A DNA stretch of 63,184 bases, taken from NCBI GenBank assembly GCA_030748155.1, contig JASMMN010000024.1, positions 1 to 63,184 of the forward strand. The letters are read 5' to 3'. This document shows, piece by piece, positions 1 through 7,801 of this stretch. Position 1 is the stretch's first letter. The number at the start of each line of letters is the position of its first letter. The notes beneath the pieces were generated by a model that had not been told where the DNA came from, made no database searches, and saw only the letters and a list, made by a program, of their open reading frames with translations. A program made the position numbers and the translations under genes. This DNA is from Phycisphaerales bacterium (lineage in GTDB: Bacteria; Planctomycetota; Phycisphaerae; Phycisphaerales; SM1A02).

Positions 1-267
1 ACCGACAACGACACCGAAGGCGAGATCTTCGAGGTCGTGCAGCCGATGAGCGAGCCGCCGCTGAAAAAGCACCCCGAGACCGGCGAGCCGGTTGTGCGGA
101 TCCCCTGCCTGCCCAACATCGCTGGCAAGTGGTCCGACATGAAGACCAAGTCATCGTTGAGCAACAAGAATCTTGATCGCCTCGGCTTTACCAAGTACGA
201 GCGAGCGGGTGATGGTAATTACGAGAAGAAGGCCGGCGGCGGCCCGGATGTCATTTCGGCGGATTGA
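1..267 (+). CDS. Hypothetical small protein, FmdB-type zinc-ribbon-like, 5' end cut by window edge
   Basis: Open in frame from nt 1 (TDNDTEGEIFEVVQPMSEPPLKKHPETGEPVVRI...), stop TGA at 265-267. The FEVxQxMSExPL core resembles FmdB/CxxC_CxxC_SSSS regulators, but the second Cys knuckle is replaced by HPETGEP. Confidence 0.4.
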   Translation, partial: TDNDTEGEIFEVVQPMSEPPLKKHPETGEPVVRIPCLPNIAGKWSDMKTKSSLSNKNLDRLGFTKYERAGDGNYEKKAGGGPDVISAD

Positions 268-297
268 GCGCACCCGCTCGCCCCCCCTTCGCCGGGA

Positions 298-358
298 GCT
301 CCCCCGCACGCGGGGGAGCGGACCGTCATATTTCTCCTCCCCCACGCAGTGGGGGAGG
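298..358. terminator. Two tandem GC-rich stem-loops between convergent genes (candidate bidirectional terminator or REP-like pair)
   Basis: GCTCCCCCGC-AC-GCGGGGGAGC (298-319) and CCTCCCCCAC-GCA-GTGGGGGAGG (336-358). Both have 10-bp perfect stems with related cores. They lie between the stops at 267 (+) and 406 (-). No clear U-tract follows either. Confidence 0.45.
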
Positions 359-405
359 TGCCGCGCAGCGGCGGAGGGGGTCGGCGAAGCGGCAGAGGGA
401 CCCCG

Positions 406-3291
406 CTACGTCGCCATCGCCGGAACATCCTCGGCCGTGGCCGCCTTCGCACGCATCGCCCGCCGGATCTTCTCTGGCGTGATCGGGAGATCCGTGATCC
501 ACACGCCGGTCGCGTTGGCGATGGCGTGGGCGACGGCGCCGAGGACCGGCAGGGTCGAGCCTTCTCCGATTTCCTTGGCGCCGAAGGGGCCGCGGGGTTC
601 GTAGGAATCGACGATGCCGCTGAAGATGTCCGGGGCGTCCTTGATGGTCATCATCAGATAGCCGTGCAGGTTCGGGTTGAGCAGTTTGCCCTGTTCGTCG
701 AACATCACATCTTCCATGATCGTTTCGCTTGCGCCCATGATGACGGCGCCTTCGACCTGCCCATGGACGGTCTTTGGATTGATGGCACGCCCGCAGTCGT
801 GGTAATCGGTGAACGTGTCGATCTTGACCTTGCCGGTCTCAAGATCGACGGTCACTTCGCAGACCGCGCTGCCGAAGGAATACGCGGGGCTGGTCCCGAC
901 CGTCGCGCCCTTGTAGTCGCCGCCGAGCCCGTCCGGCGGCTTGTAGGAACCTGTTCCGACGAGCGGGCCGTTTTCGTTGAAGTACTTCCTCGCAACTTCT
1001 TCCCAGGCGACACACCGCGATGGGTGGTCACGCACGAACATCTTGGCGTCCCTTGCTTCGATATCGTCCTCGTTGCAGTCGAGCAGGTCCGCTGCATACG
1101 GCCGCATGGCATCAACGACAGCAGTGCCGGCCCTCGAGACGGCGTGGCCGCCCATGAGCGTGATTCGTGAGGAATAGGCGCCAAGATCAATCGGCGAGAT
1201 GTCGCTGTCGCCGCTTCGCATCCGAATACGAGAGGCGGGAATGCCCAGCGACTCGGCGCACATCTGCACAAGCACGGTGTCGCTGCCCTGGCCGATTTCG
1301 GCCGCGCCGATCATCAGTACTGCAGCCGTGCCGTCTTCGGTGATCTTCACGACGGCGTTGGCATGTGGAAAGATCGATTTCTTCTGGAAGGGTTCGCGTC
1401 CCTTCTCGTGCGAGAGTTGCACTTGCCCTCGGTAGATGCAATAGCCAGCGCCCGAGACGAAGCCGCCGCATCCGATGCCGATGCCTTTGCCGGGTGGGAG
1501 TTTGCCGTATTTCTCGGCCCAACCGGAGCGTTCCTTGACTTCCCGAAGCGTCGCGCGGTATTCGCAACTGCCGATATCCAAGTCGTTGACGGTGATCGTT
1601 TCCGGATCCATCGCGTTGCGCTCGCGAATCTCAACGGGATCGATGCCGAGTTCGTCGGCGACCATGCCGAGCAGGCATTCGAAGGCGAATCGTGGCTGCG
1701 GAACGCCGTGTCCACGCATTGCGCCGCAGGCGGGCTTATTGGTCATCACCCGGTACCCATCGTATTGGTAGGCGGGCAGGTGATAGAGCGTTGGGATCAT
1801 GCTCCCGGCGTAGTAAGCCGTTGCGACGCCGAAACTCGAATAGGCGCCGCCGTCGAGGTGAATCTCGCTCTTGAAGGCCTTGATTTTGCCGTCGCGGTCG
1901 ACGCCGAGTTTGAACCGCATGTGCTGTTTGTGGCGTCCGCGGCCGTATTGGAACATCTCTTCGCGGGTGTAGACCATCTTTACGGGCCGGCCGATCTTCT
2001 GCGAGAGCAGGGCCGAGTTGATTTCCAGTGGCGAGGTCGCGGCCTTGCCGCCGAAGCCGCCGCCGACGGTGGGTCGGATCACGCGGATGCGCCCGAGCGG
2101 AATATTCAGCACGTGCGCCATCATGTACTGCACGTAGTGGGGGACCTGTGTCGAGGTGTAAAGAACCAGAGTTCCGTCAGGGTCCCAGGTGGAGATCGAG
2201 GCGTGTGGCTCCATCGGACACTGGTAGATGTGATTGCCGGTGAACACTTCCTCGCGAATCAGATGGGACTCGGCAAAGCCGGCCTCGATGTCACCGAAGA
2301 CCTGCTCGACGTGCGTATTGATGTTTCGCTCGAAGCGATCATTGACCAGCGGCGCGCCATCTGCAATTGCCGACATCGGATCGAGGACGGCGGGCAATTC
2401 TTCGTACTCGACTTCGATGAGCGATACCGCACGTTCGGCGGTTCGCTCGTCGATGGCGGCAACCGCCGCGACCGGATCACCCACGTGCCGCACCTTCTCC
2501 TTGGCGAGAACGTCTTCGTCGTAGCGGGCGGGCGACACGCCATGCTTGGTGTCGGTGACATCCTTGCCGGTCAGCACTGCGAGCACTCCCGGAAGTGCTT
2601 CCGCTTTGGATGTGTCGATCCTCTTGATCAGACCGTGGGCGAGCGGCGAGCCAAGAAGTTTTCCGTAGGCCATGTTCGGCAGGAAGATGTCGGCGGTGTA
2701 CTGAGCGCGACCGGTGACTTTGTCGGCCGCATCGACGCGGGGGATCGACACGCCGACGGTGTCGTTGTCCGGGGACTTCTCCGGGGCATCGCCGTCGTGA
2801 TGGTCATGCTTGGCGCAGGTGCCGTCGGAGCGGTAATTGCCGCACCGCTTGACCGATCGCAGGATGCCGGAGTAACCGGTACACCTGCACATGTTGCCAG
2901 AGAGCGATTCCTTGATGTCATCGTCGCTGGGGTCGGCGTTCCGCTCGATCAGCGCGGTCGCCGCGAGTGCCATTCCCGGGGTGCAGAAGCCGCACTGAAT
3001 GCCGCCCTCCTCCACGAATGATCGTTGCAGCGGCGTCAACACTCCGTCTTCCGCGAGTCCCTCGATGGTGGTGATCCTGCGTTCACCGACGGTGCCAGCG
3101 AGTGTCAGACAGGCGTTGACCGGCTGGCCGTCGAGCAGCACCGTGCAGGCCCCGCAGTCGCCCACATCGCAGCCACGTTTGGTTCCGGTGAGATGAATCT
3201 TGTCGCGGAGCACATCGAGCAGCGTGTCGTGAGCTTCGACTACGGCGATGTGGTTCTGGCCGTTGATGTTGAAAGCACGAGCGGTGGTCAT
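406..3291 (-). CDS. Xanthine dehydrogenase/aldehyde oxidoreductase-family molybdoenzyme, fused [2Fe-2S] plus molybdopterin-binding subunit (961 aa)
   Basis: The N-terminus carries both 2Fe-2S motifs (CDVGDCGACTV; CGFCTPG...CRCTGY). MoCo-domain motifs follow (PRVDAADKVTGRAQYTAD, GGGFGGK, AKEIGEGS). ATGA start/stop overlap with the upstream FAD subunit. Confidence 0.9.
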   Translation of the reverse strand: MTTARAFNINGQNHIAVVEAHDTLLDVLRDKIHLTGTKRGCDVGDCGACTVLLDGQPVNACLTLAGTVGERRITTIEGLAEDGVLTPLQRSFVEEGGIQCGFCTPGMALAATALIERNADPSDDDIKESLSGNMCRCTGYSGILRSVKRCGNYRSDGTCAKHDHHDGDAPEKSPDNDTVGVSIPRVDAADKVTGRAQYTADIFLPNMAYGKLLGSPLAHGLIKRIDTSKAEALPGVLAVLTGKDVTDTKHGVSPARYDEDVLAKEKVRHVGDPVAAVAAIDERTAERAVSLIEVEYEELPAVLDPMSAIADGAPLVNDRFERNINTHVEQVFGDIEAGFAESHLIREEVFTGNHIYQCPMEPHASISTWDPDGTLVLYTSTQVPHYVQYMMAHVLNIPLGRIRVIRPTVGGGFGGKAATSPLEINSALLSQKIGRPVKMVYTREEMFQYGRGRHKQHMRFKLGVDRDGKIKAFKSEIHLDGGAYSSFGVATAYYAGSMIPTLYHLPAYQYDGYRVMTNKPACGAMRGHGVPQPRFAFECLLGMVADELGIDPVEIRERNAMDPETITVNDLDIGSCEYRATLREVKERSGWAEKYGKLPPGKGIGIGCGGFVSGAGYCIYRGQVQLSHEKGREPFQKKSIFPHANAVVKITEDGTAAVLMIGAAEIGQGSDTVLVQMCAESLGIPASRIRMRSGDSDISPIDLGAYSSRITLMGGHAVSRAGTAVVDAMRPYAADLLDCNEDDIEARDAKMFVRDHPSRCVAWEEVARKYFNENGPLVGTGSYKPPDGLGGDYKGATVGTSPAYSFGSAVCEVTVDLETGKVKIDTFTDYHDCGRAINPKTVHGQVEGAVIMGASETIMEDVMFDEQGKLLNPNLHGYLMMTIKDAPDIFSGIVDSYEPRGPFGAKEIGEGSTLPVLGAVAHAIANATGVWITDLPITPEKIRRAMRAKAATAEDVPAMAT

Positions 3292-4166
3292 GTTGAGTCA
3301 CCACCGATTCGTTCGGTTGCAAGGCGGAGGGCTCGGGCCGTCAAGACGCCGGTGAGTTCGCGTCTGAATTCCGCAGAGCCGCGGATGTCGCTGATCGGGT
3401 CGGCCGCCGCCACGGCAGCGTCAGCGGCGTCGGCCCAGGCAGTTTCGTTTGGCGCTCGTCCGGCGAGTATGGCTGGGATGTTCTCAAGCAGCAGGGGTGT
3501 CGGGGCGACGGCGCCGATGGCGAGGGCGGCCTCCTGCATCATGCCCGCGTCGTCGAGTCGAATGCGGGCTGCCACAGAAGCAACGGCGATGGAGTTGCCT
3601 TCCCGAAGTGCAAACCGCTCATAGCTTGCGCCCGAGCGATTCGCTGGTGGCGGCACATGGATGCTGAGCAGAATCTCGTCGTGGCGACGGACGGTCGTTC
3701 GAGGCCCCGTGAAGAACTCGCATACGGGGATCCGCCGAACACCAGTGCGCGACCAGAGGTCTACGCCTCCGCCCAGCACCATGAGAATGGGCGGCAGGTC
3801 GGCGCAGGGCACCGCGCTGGCGAGATTCCCGCCAACGGTTGCCATGTTGCGAATCGCGGGGGCGGCCATGACCTGTGTGGCATCATGTATCGCCGCCCAA
3901 GTGCCGCTGAGGGGTGTTTCGTTCAGTCGTCCCACTGGCACGAGTGAGCCGATGGTCAGACCTTCCGAATCCGCAGTCAGTTGTCGTGCCTGATCGATGT
4001 TGGTAATGGAGATCAGGTGATCGGCTTCGGTTCGAGCCGTCTTGAGATCGACCAGCAGATCCGTGCCGCCCGCGACATACTCGGCTCGAGGACCGAGTTG
4101 CTCCATCAGCGCCGCCGCCGCCTCAAGCGTGTCGGCTTCGTGGAGTTGAATGTCGGGAAGGTACAC
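3288..4166 (-). CDS. FAD-binding medium subunit of the molybdoenzyme (CoxM type, 292 aa)
   Basis: Motifs GGTDLLVDLK, AIRNMATVGGNL and C-terminal DIRGSAEFRRELTGVL. GTG start with GGAGG 9 nt upstream. Only 2 Cys, so no extra Fe-S insertion. Confidence 0.85.
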   Translation of the reverse strand: MYLPDIQLHEADTLEAAAALMEQLGPRAEYVAGGTDLLVDLKTARTEADHLISITNIDQARQLTADSEGLTIGSLVPVGRLNETPLSGTWAAIHDATQVMAAPAIRNMATVGGNLASAVPCADLPPILMVLGGGVDLWSRTGVRRIPVCEFFTGPRTTVRRHDEILLSIHVPPPANRSGASYERFALREGNSIAVASVAARIRLDDAGMMQEAALAIGAVAPTPLLLENIPAILAGRAPNETAWADAADAAVAAADPISDIRGSAEFRRELTGVLTARALRLATERIGGDST

Positions 4167-4187
4167 GGTGAAGATCCTCCGTCGTGG

Positions 4188-4841
4188 TCAGGCGGTATGT
4201 CCGCAGATTCCGGCCAGGAACTGGTTGGTGATCTGGGACGCAACGACCTTGGGCGGGGTGGGGTGACTGGGGTTCCACCAGCGGTACAGCCAGTTGAGCG
4301 TCCCGAAGAGCGACATTGTGGCGACATGCAGGTCGAGCGGGTAGTCGGGTGGGTCGAGTTCGATGACGCTTGCGATGATCTCACGGGTCAGCCCGTAATA
4401 GGCGAGCCTGATCTCGCGGGCTTGGTCGTAGGTTTCGCCCCTGAGGGAGTCGAGTTCGTGCGAGCACACTTTGAGTTCTGCCATGTGCTCGGCGAAGTAG
4501 GTCACATGAGACCGGATCATGGTGCACAGGCGGTCGCGAGGCGATTCGACGCCGACCAACCACTCCCGTAGATTCGAGAGCAGCGAACTGAACACCCGGA
4601 ATTGCATGACGAAGAGAAGTTGCTCTTTCCGCTCGAAGTAGTGGTAGAGACCCGCGAGGCTCACATCCGCAGCCTTGGCAATCGTTCGCATCGAGGCCTT
4701 TTCATAGCCGTATTGGGCGAAAACGTGGGTGGCGGCCTGGAGGATGTGGTCCCGCCTCGCCTCAAAGGTGTCCCCAGCGGCTGGAGAGACAGATTCTGCG
4801 GGTGGCGATTCGAACAGTTGATCGGCTCGTTGAGAGTCCAT
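4188..4841 (-). CDS. TetR/AcrR-family transcriptional regulator
   Basis: HTH region ILQAATHVFAQYGYEKASMRTIAKAADVSLAGLYHYF. Start placed at the ATG preceded by GGAG (MDSQRADQ...). The ORF remains open up to a TTG at 4907, so the start is uncertain. Confidence 0.85.
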   Translation of the reverse strand: MDSQRADQLFESPPAESVSPAAGDTFEARRDHILQAATHVFAQYGYEKASMRTIAKAADVSLAGLYHYFERKEQLLFVMQFRVFSSLLSNLREWLVGVESPRDRLCTMIRSHVTYFAEHMAELKVCSHELDSLRGETYDQAREIRLAYYGLTREIIASVIELDPPDYPLDLHVATMSLFGTLNWLYRWWNPSHPTPPKVVASQITNQFLAGICGHTA

Positions 4842-4932
4842 GGGGGGCTCCAGGGGGTTGTCGTCGGCGGCAGTACATATCATCCACCCTGTAACCAGTT
4901 CCGTCAAGGCCGAAATATAGCTTCTATTGGGG

Positions 4933-4962
4933 TTGACAGGGCCATTGGCGCTCCCCGATAAT
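4933..4962 (+). promoter_or_regulatory. Sigma-70-like promoter for the catabolic operon
   Basis: TTGACA (4933-4938), 18-nt spacer, GATAAT (4957-4962). It lies about 105 nt upstream of the 5068 start in the TetR/operon divergent region. Confidence 0.5.
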
Positions 4963-4994
4963 CAGGATGGTCAAGTCTTGATACTTGCGAGAGC

Positions 4995-5012
4995 CGAACG
5001 GACGTTCGAACG
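4995..5012. promoter_or_regulatory. Palindromic candidate operator (TetR site) in the operon leader
   Basis: CGAACG-GA-CGTTCG (4995-5008) overlaps the perfect 10-bp palindrome CGTTCGAACG (5003-5012). It sits between the predicted -10 and the first start codon. Confidence 0.4.
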
Positions 5013-5067
5013 AAATAACGGGTGTTTTTCTGGCCCGTTTCCACCCCCAGCCTTGGAGTACACCGAG

Positions 5068-6204
5068 ATGAGCATGTTTCCCACGAGAACCACCGAGTCA
5101 TTTGACTTCCAGGAAGTCGACTACCAGAAGGACGGCTTCGTCGCCCGGATCACCATCAACCGGCCGTTCAACTTCAATGCCTACAGCACACCAGCCCTCG
5201 AAGAATTGGCAACGGCCTTTCAGGATGCCTCGTGGGACGACGGCATTGCCGTCGTGGTCTTCACCGGAACCGGCCACAAATCTTTCTGCACGGGCGGTGA
5301 TGTGAAGGAGTACCAGTCCTGCTACACGCAGAAGCCACGCGACTATTGGAAATACATGTGTCGTTTCAAGGCCTATATCGAAGCGATCACGAACTGCGCC
5401 AAGCCCGTCATCGCCCGCCTCAATGGCATGGCGGTTGGCGGTGGCAACGAGAGCCAACTTGCTTGCGACATCGGCGTCATGGGCGAACACGCCTTCATCG
5501 CGCAGGTCGGCACGAGCGTGGGGTCGGTCGCCTGTGGCGGCTCGACGCAGTGGCTGCCCATTACGGTCGGCGACCGTACCGCGCGGGGCATTCTCTTCCT
5601 GAATCAGCGATACGCCGCCTTTACCAGCCTGTCGATGGGGCTGGTCAACAGCGTAGTGCCGACGGTCAAGGGACCCGACGGCGAATTCATCACGAAGTTC
5701 AGCGGCGACCGCACCTGTCTGGCCGACTGGAACACCGATCCCTGGGATACGCCCTTCGAGAATCGGGCTACCGCTGGCGACATCAAGAAGGCCCTCAAGG
5801 GTGAGGACGGCTACTCGATCGACTTCTCCCTCATGGATGAGGTGATCGACGACCTGTGCGACCAGATCGTCAACAAGTTCTTTGAATGCACCCGCTACAC
5901 CAAGGCGCAGGTCAACTATTGGAAGGACTCCGCGTGGCACGCCACCGTCGGCCATGCCCGCGACTGGCTCGCCACGCACTACACCAGCCTCGAGCCCTAC
6001 GAAGGCATGACTGCCTTTGTCGAGAAACGCAAGACCGACTACATCGGCATGCGGAAGCGGGCCGCCGATCCGAATGGTTCGAGCGAGTTTCTTTGGGGCC
6101 CATACGCGCAAGAGTGCGGTGAGTGCGGCGCGAAGGGCATGCCCTCGCAGTTCGAACACTGTGGCAGGTGCGGGGCGGTGTTGGCCGTCGCGATGACAAC
6201 CTGA
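5068..6204 (+). CDS. Crotonase-superfamily enzyme of the MenB/BadI/Oah clade (378 aa) with C-terminal zinc ribbon; candidate ring-opening acyl-CoA hydrolase
   Basis: Motifs RITINRPFNFNAYST, FCTGGDVKEY, NGMAVGGGNE and IAQVGTSVGSVACGGS (MenB-type GxxVGS loop). C-terminal CGEC-N11-CGRC. GGAG lies 9 nt upstream of the ATG at 5068. Confidence 0.8.
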   Translation: MSMFPTRTTESFDFQEVDYQKDGFVARITINRPFNFNAYSTPALEELATAFQDASWDDGIAVVVFTGTGHKSFCTGGDVKEYQSCYTQKPRDYWKYMCRFKAYIEAITNCAKPVIARLNGMAVGGGNESQLACDIGVMGEHAFIAQVGTSVGSVACGGSTQWLPITVGDRTARGILFLNQRYAAFTSLSMGLVNSVVPTVKGPDGEFITKFSGDRTCLADWNTDPWDTPFENRATAGDIKKALKGEDGYSIDFSLMDEVIDDLCDQIVNKFFECTRYTKAQVNYWKDSAWHATVGHARDWLATHYTSLEPYEGMTAFVEKRKTDYIGMRKRAADPNGSSEFLWGPYAQECGECGAKGMPSQFEHCGRCGAVLAVAMTT

Positions 6205-6234
6205 CGGGCTAGCGGCATCACAGGGAGACGCATC

Positions 6235-6978
6235 GTGGCACACACACCGAGACGAGCATTGGTAACGGGGGGGTCGAGCGGCATCGGCCGCGCGATTGCC
6301 CAGTCGCTCGCCCGTGACGGTTGCGATGTGGGCATCCTGTACCTCGGCGATCTCACAGATGCGGACTCCGTGAGATCGTGCATCGAATCACTCGGTCGCA
6401 AGACGTGGGTGAAGGTGGCTGATGTCTCCGACGCTCAGCAGGCCACAGCCGCGGTGGAGGATTGCGCTGGCGAACTCGGTGGGCTTGAAGTTCTCGTCAA
6501 CAACGCCGGCATCTGCCGCGATCAGGTGATTTGGAACATGACCGATGCGGAGTGGCAGGATGTCATCGACATCGATCTTACCGGCGTCTTCAACATGTCT
6601 CGGGCGGCGGCGCCCATCATGCGGGCAGCGAAGTATGGATCCATCGTCAACATCTCCAGCATCAACGGCATGCGGGGCAAGTTTGGCCAGACCAATTACG
6701 CCGCGGCAAAGGCTGGCGTCATCGGATTCACCAAGGCGCTCGCCAAGGAGTTGGCACGATCCACCGTGACCGTGAACGCCGTCGCGCCGGGGATGATCCA
6801 CACGCCCATTCTCGATGCCATGCCTCCCGAGGCAATCAAGAAGGCGACCGAGGAGATTCTTGTTGGCCGCATCGGCACACCCGAGGACATCGCCGAAGCA
6901 GTGCGCTTCCTGTGCAGCGAAGGAGCGAGATTCATCACCGGCGAAGTGCTTCGGGTAGACGGCGGGCAGTACATCTGA
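6235..6978 (+). CDS. Short-chain dehydrogenase/reductase (FabG/BadH-like hydroxy/oxo-acyl reductase)
   Basis: Motifs TGGSSGIGRAIA, NNAG and YAAAKAG (YxxxK). GTG start with GGGAG 7 nt upstream. Confidence 0.88.
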   Translation: MAHTPRRALVTGGSSGIGRAIAQSLARDGCDVGILYLGDLTDADSVRSCIESLGRKTWVKVADVSDAQQATAAVEDCAGELGGLEVLVNNAGICRDQVIWNMTDAEWQDVIDIDLTGVFNMSRAAAPIMRAAKYGSIVNISSINGMRGKFGQTNYAAAKAGVIGFTKALAKELARSTVTVNAVAPGMIHTPILDAMPPEAIKKATEEILVGRIGTPEDIAEAVRFLCSEGARFITGEVLRVDGGQYI

Positions 6979-6992
6979 AAAGGAATGATGAC

Positions 6993-7763
6993 ATGACCGA
7001 CTACCAGTACTTCACATGCGACATTTCCGGCGGCGTCGCCACGGTCACCATGAACCTTCCCCCGTTGAACGTCATGGACAACCCCATGATGTCCGAGTTC
7101 AACACACTCCTTGACACTCTGGTCGTGGACGACACCTTGTCTGCAATCGTGATTGCCGCCGAAGGCAAGGCCTTCAGCGCGGGCGTGGACGTCGCGGATC
7201 ACACGGCTGAGAAGGTTCGTGACATGATCGAGCAATTCCACGGCATCTTTCGCCGGCTCGCGTCCACCGATGCGCTCACCATTGCGGCCGTTCAGGGTGC
7301 TGCGCTCGGTGGCGGATGCGAACTCGCCTGCTTCTGTGACATCGTGCTCGCCTCGGAGCGGGCCAAGTTCGGGCAGCCTGAAGTTCATGTTGGCGTCTTC
7401 CCACCGGTCGCTGCGGTGGTGTTGCCGTCTCGCATTGGGCTCGGCAAGGCGATCGAACTCGTGTCGCTCGGCGGCACGATTTCGGCGACCGAAGCCCATC
7501 GGATCGGCCTCGTCAGTCAGTTGTACGTCGCAGACGAGTTCGACGACCAGGTTGCGGCCTACGTTGAGGACATCCGGGGCCTCTCCCGTCCCGTTGTGCG
7601 GATGGCAAAGCGGGTCACCATGGCCGGGCAGCGAGCGGACATGCTCAATCGGCTCGACGAGGCCGAAAAAATCTACCTCGATGAATTGATGCAACTCCAC
7701 GACGCTCACGAGGGCATCGCGGCATTCATGGAGAAACGAACCCCCGAGTGGAGCCACGCCTGA
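6993..7763 (+). CDS. Enoyl-CoA hydratase/isomerase family (256 aa); candidate dienoyl/enoyl-CoA hydratase (Dch/BadK-like)
   Basis: Motifs KAFSAGVDVADH, GAALGGGCELACFCD and FGQPEVHVGVFPP. ATG at 6993 with AAGGA 9 nt upstream. The longer track ORF (6531) runs through the SDR gene. Confidence 0.85.
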   Translation: MTDYQYFTCDISGGVATVTMNLPPLNVMDNPMMSEFNTLLDTLVVDDTLSAIVIAAEGKAFSAGVDVADHTAEKVRDMIEQFHGIFRRLASTDALTIAAVQGAALGGGCELACFCDIVLASERAKFGQPEVHVGVFPPVAAVVLPSRIGLGKAIELVSLGGTISATEAHRIGLVSQLYVADEFDDQVAAYVEDIRGLSRPVVRMAKRVTMAGQRADMLNRLDEAEKIYLDELMQLHDAHEGIAAFMEKRTPEWSHA

Positions 7764-7801
7764 GGGCCGGTTGGGCACATCAGAGAAAAGAGAACCGAAC
7801 G

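Noticed and set aside
1363-3021. 552-aa ORF (plus 349..1170) antisense to the molybdoenzyme gene
   Set aside because: It is fully embedded opposite an ORF with strong family motifs. The Arg/Gly/Ala/Val-rich composition without recognisable motifs is typical of shadow ORFs in GC-rich coding DNA.
406-4166. Calling the molybdoenzyme 4-hydroxybenzoyl-CoA reductase
   Set aside because: The context is tempting. However, the FAD subunit has only two Cys and no Cys-rich insertion for the extra [4Fe-4S] cluster characteristic of that enzyme, and the FeS and Mo subunits are fused. This is left at family level.
4927-5067. Upstream extensions of track ORFs (4927, 6531, 7748, 10874, 17988, 19177, 23741, 25692, 27714, 29288; 28733-28858 on the minus strand)
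   Set aside because: The extensions run through upstream genes or promoter regions and have odd composition. Each contains an internal ATG/GTG with a GGAG-type RBS, or a 4-nt overlap with the upstream stop, that gives family-typical N-termini.
5098-7778. Long antisense ORFs 5098..6243 (381 aa) and 6696..7778 (360 aa)
   Set aside because: These are shadow frames opposite the crotonase, SDR and hydratase genes, with no domain signatures.
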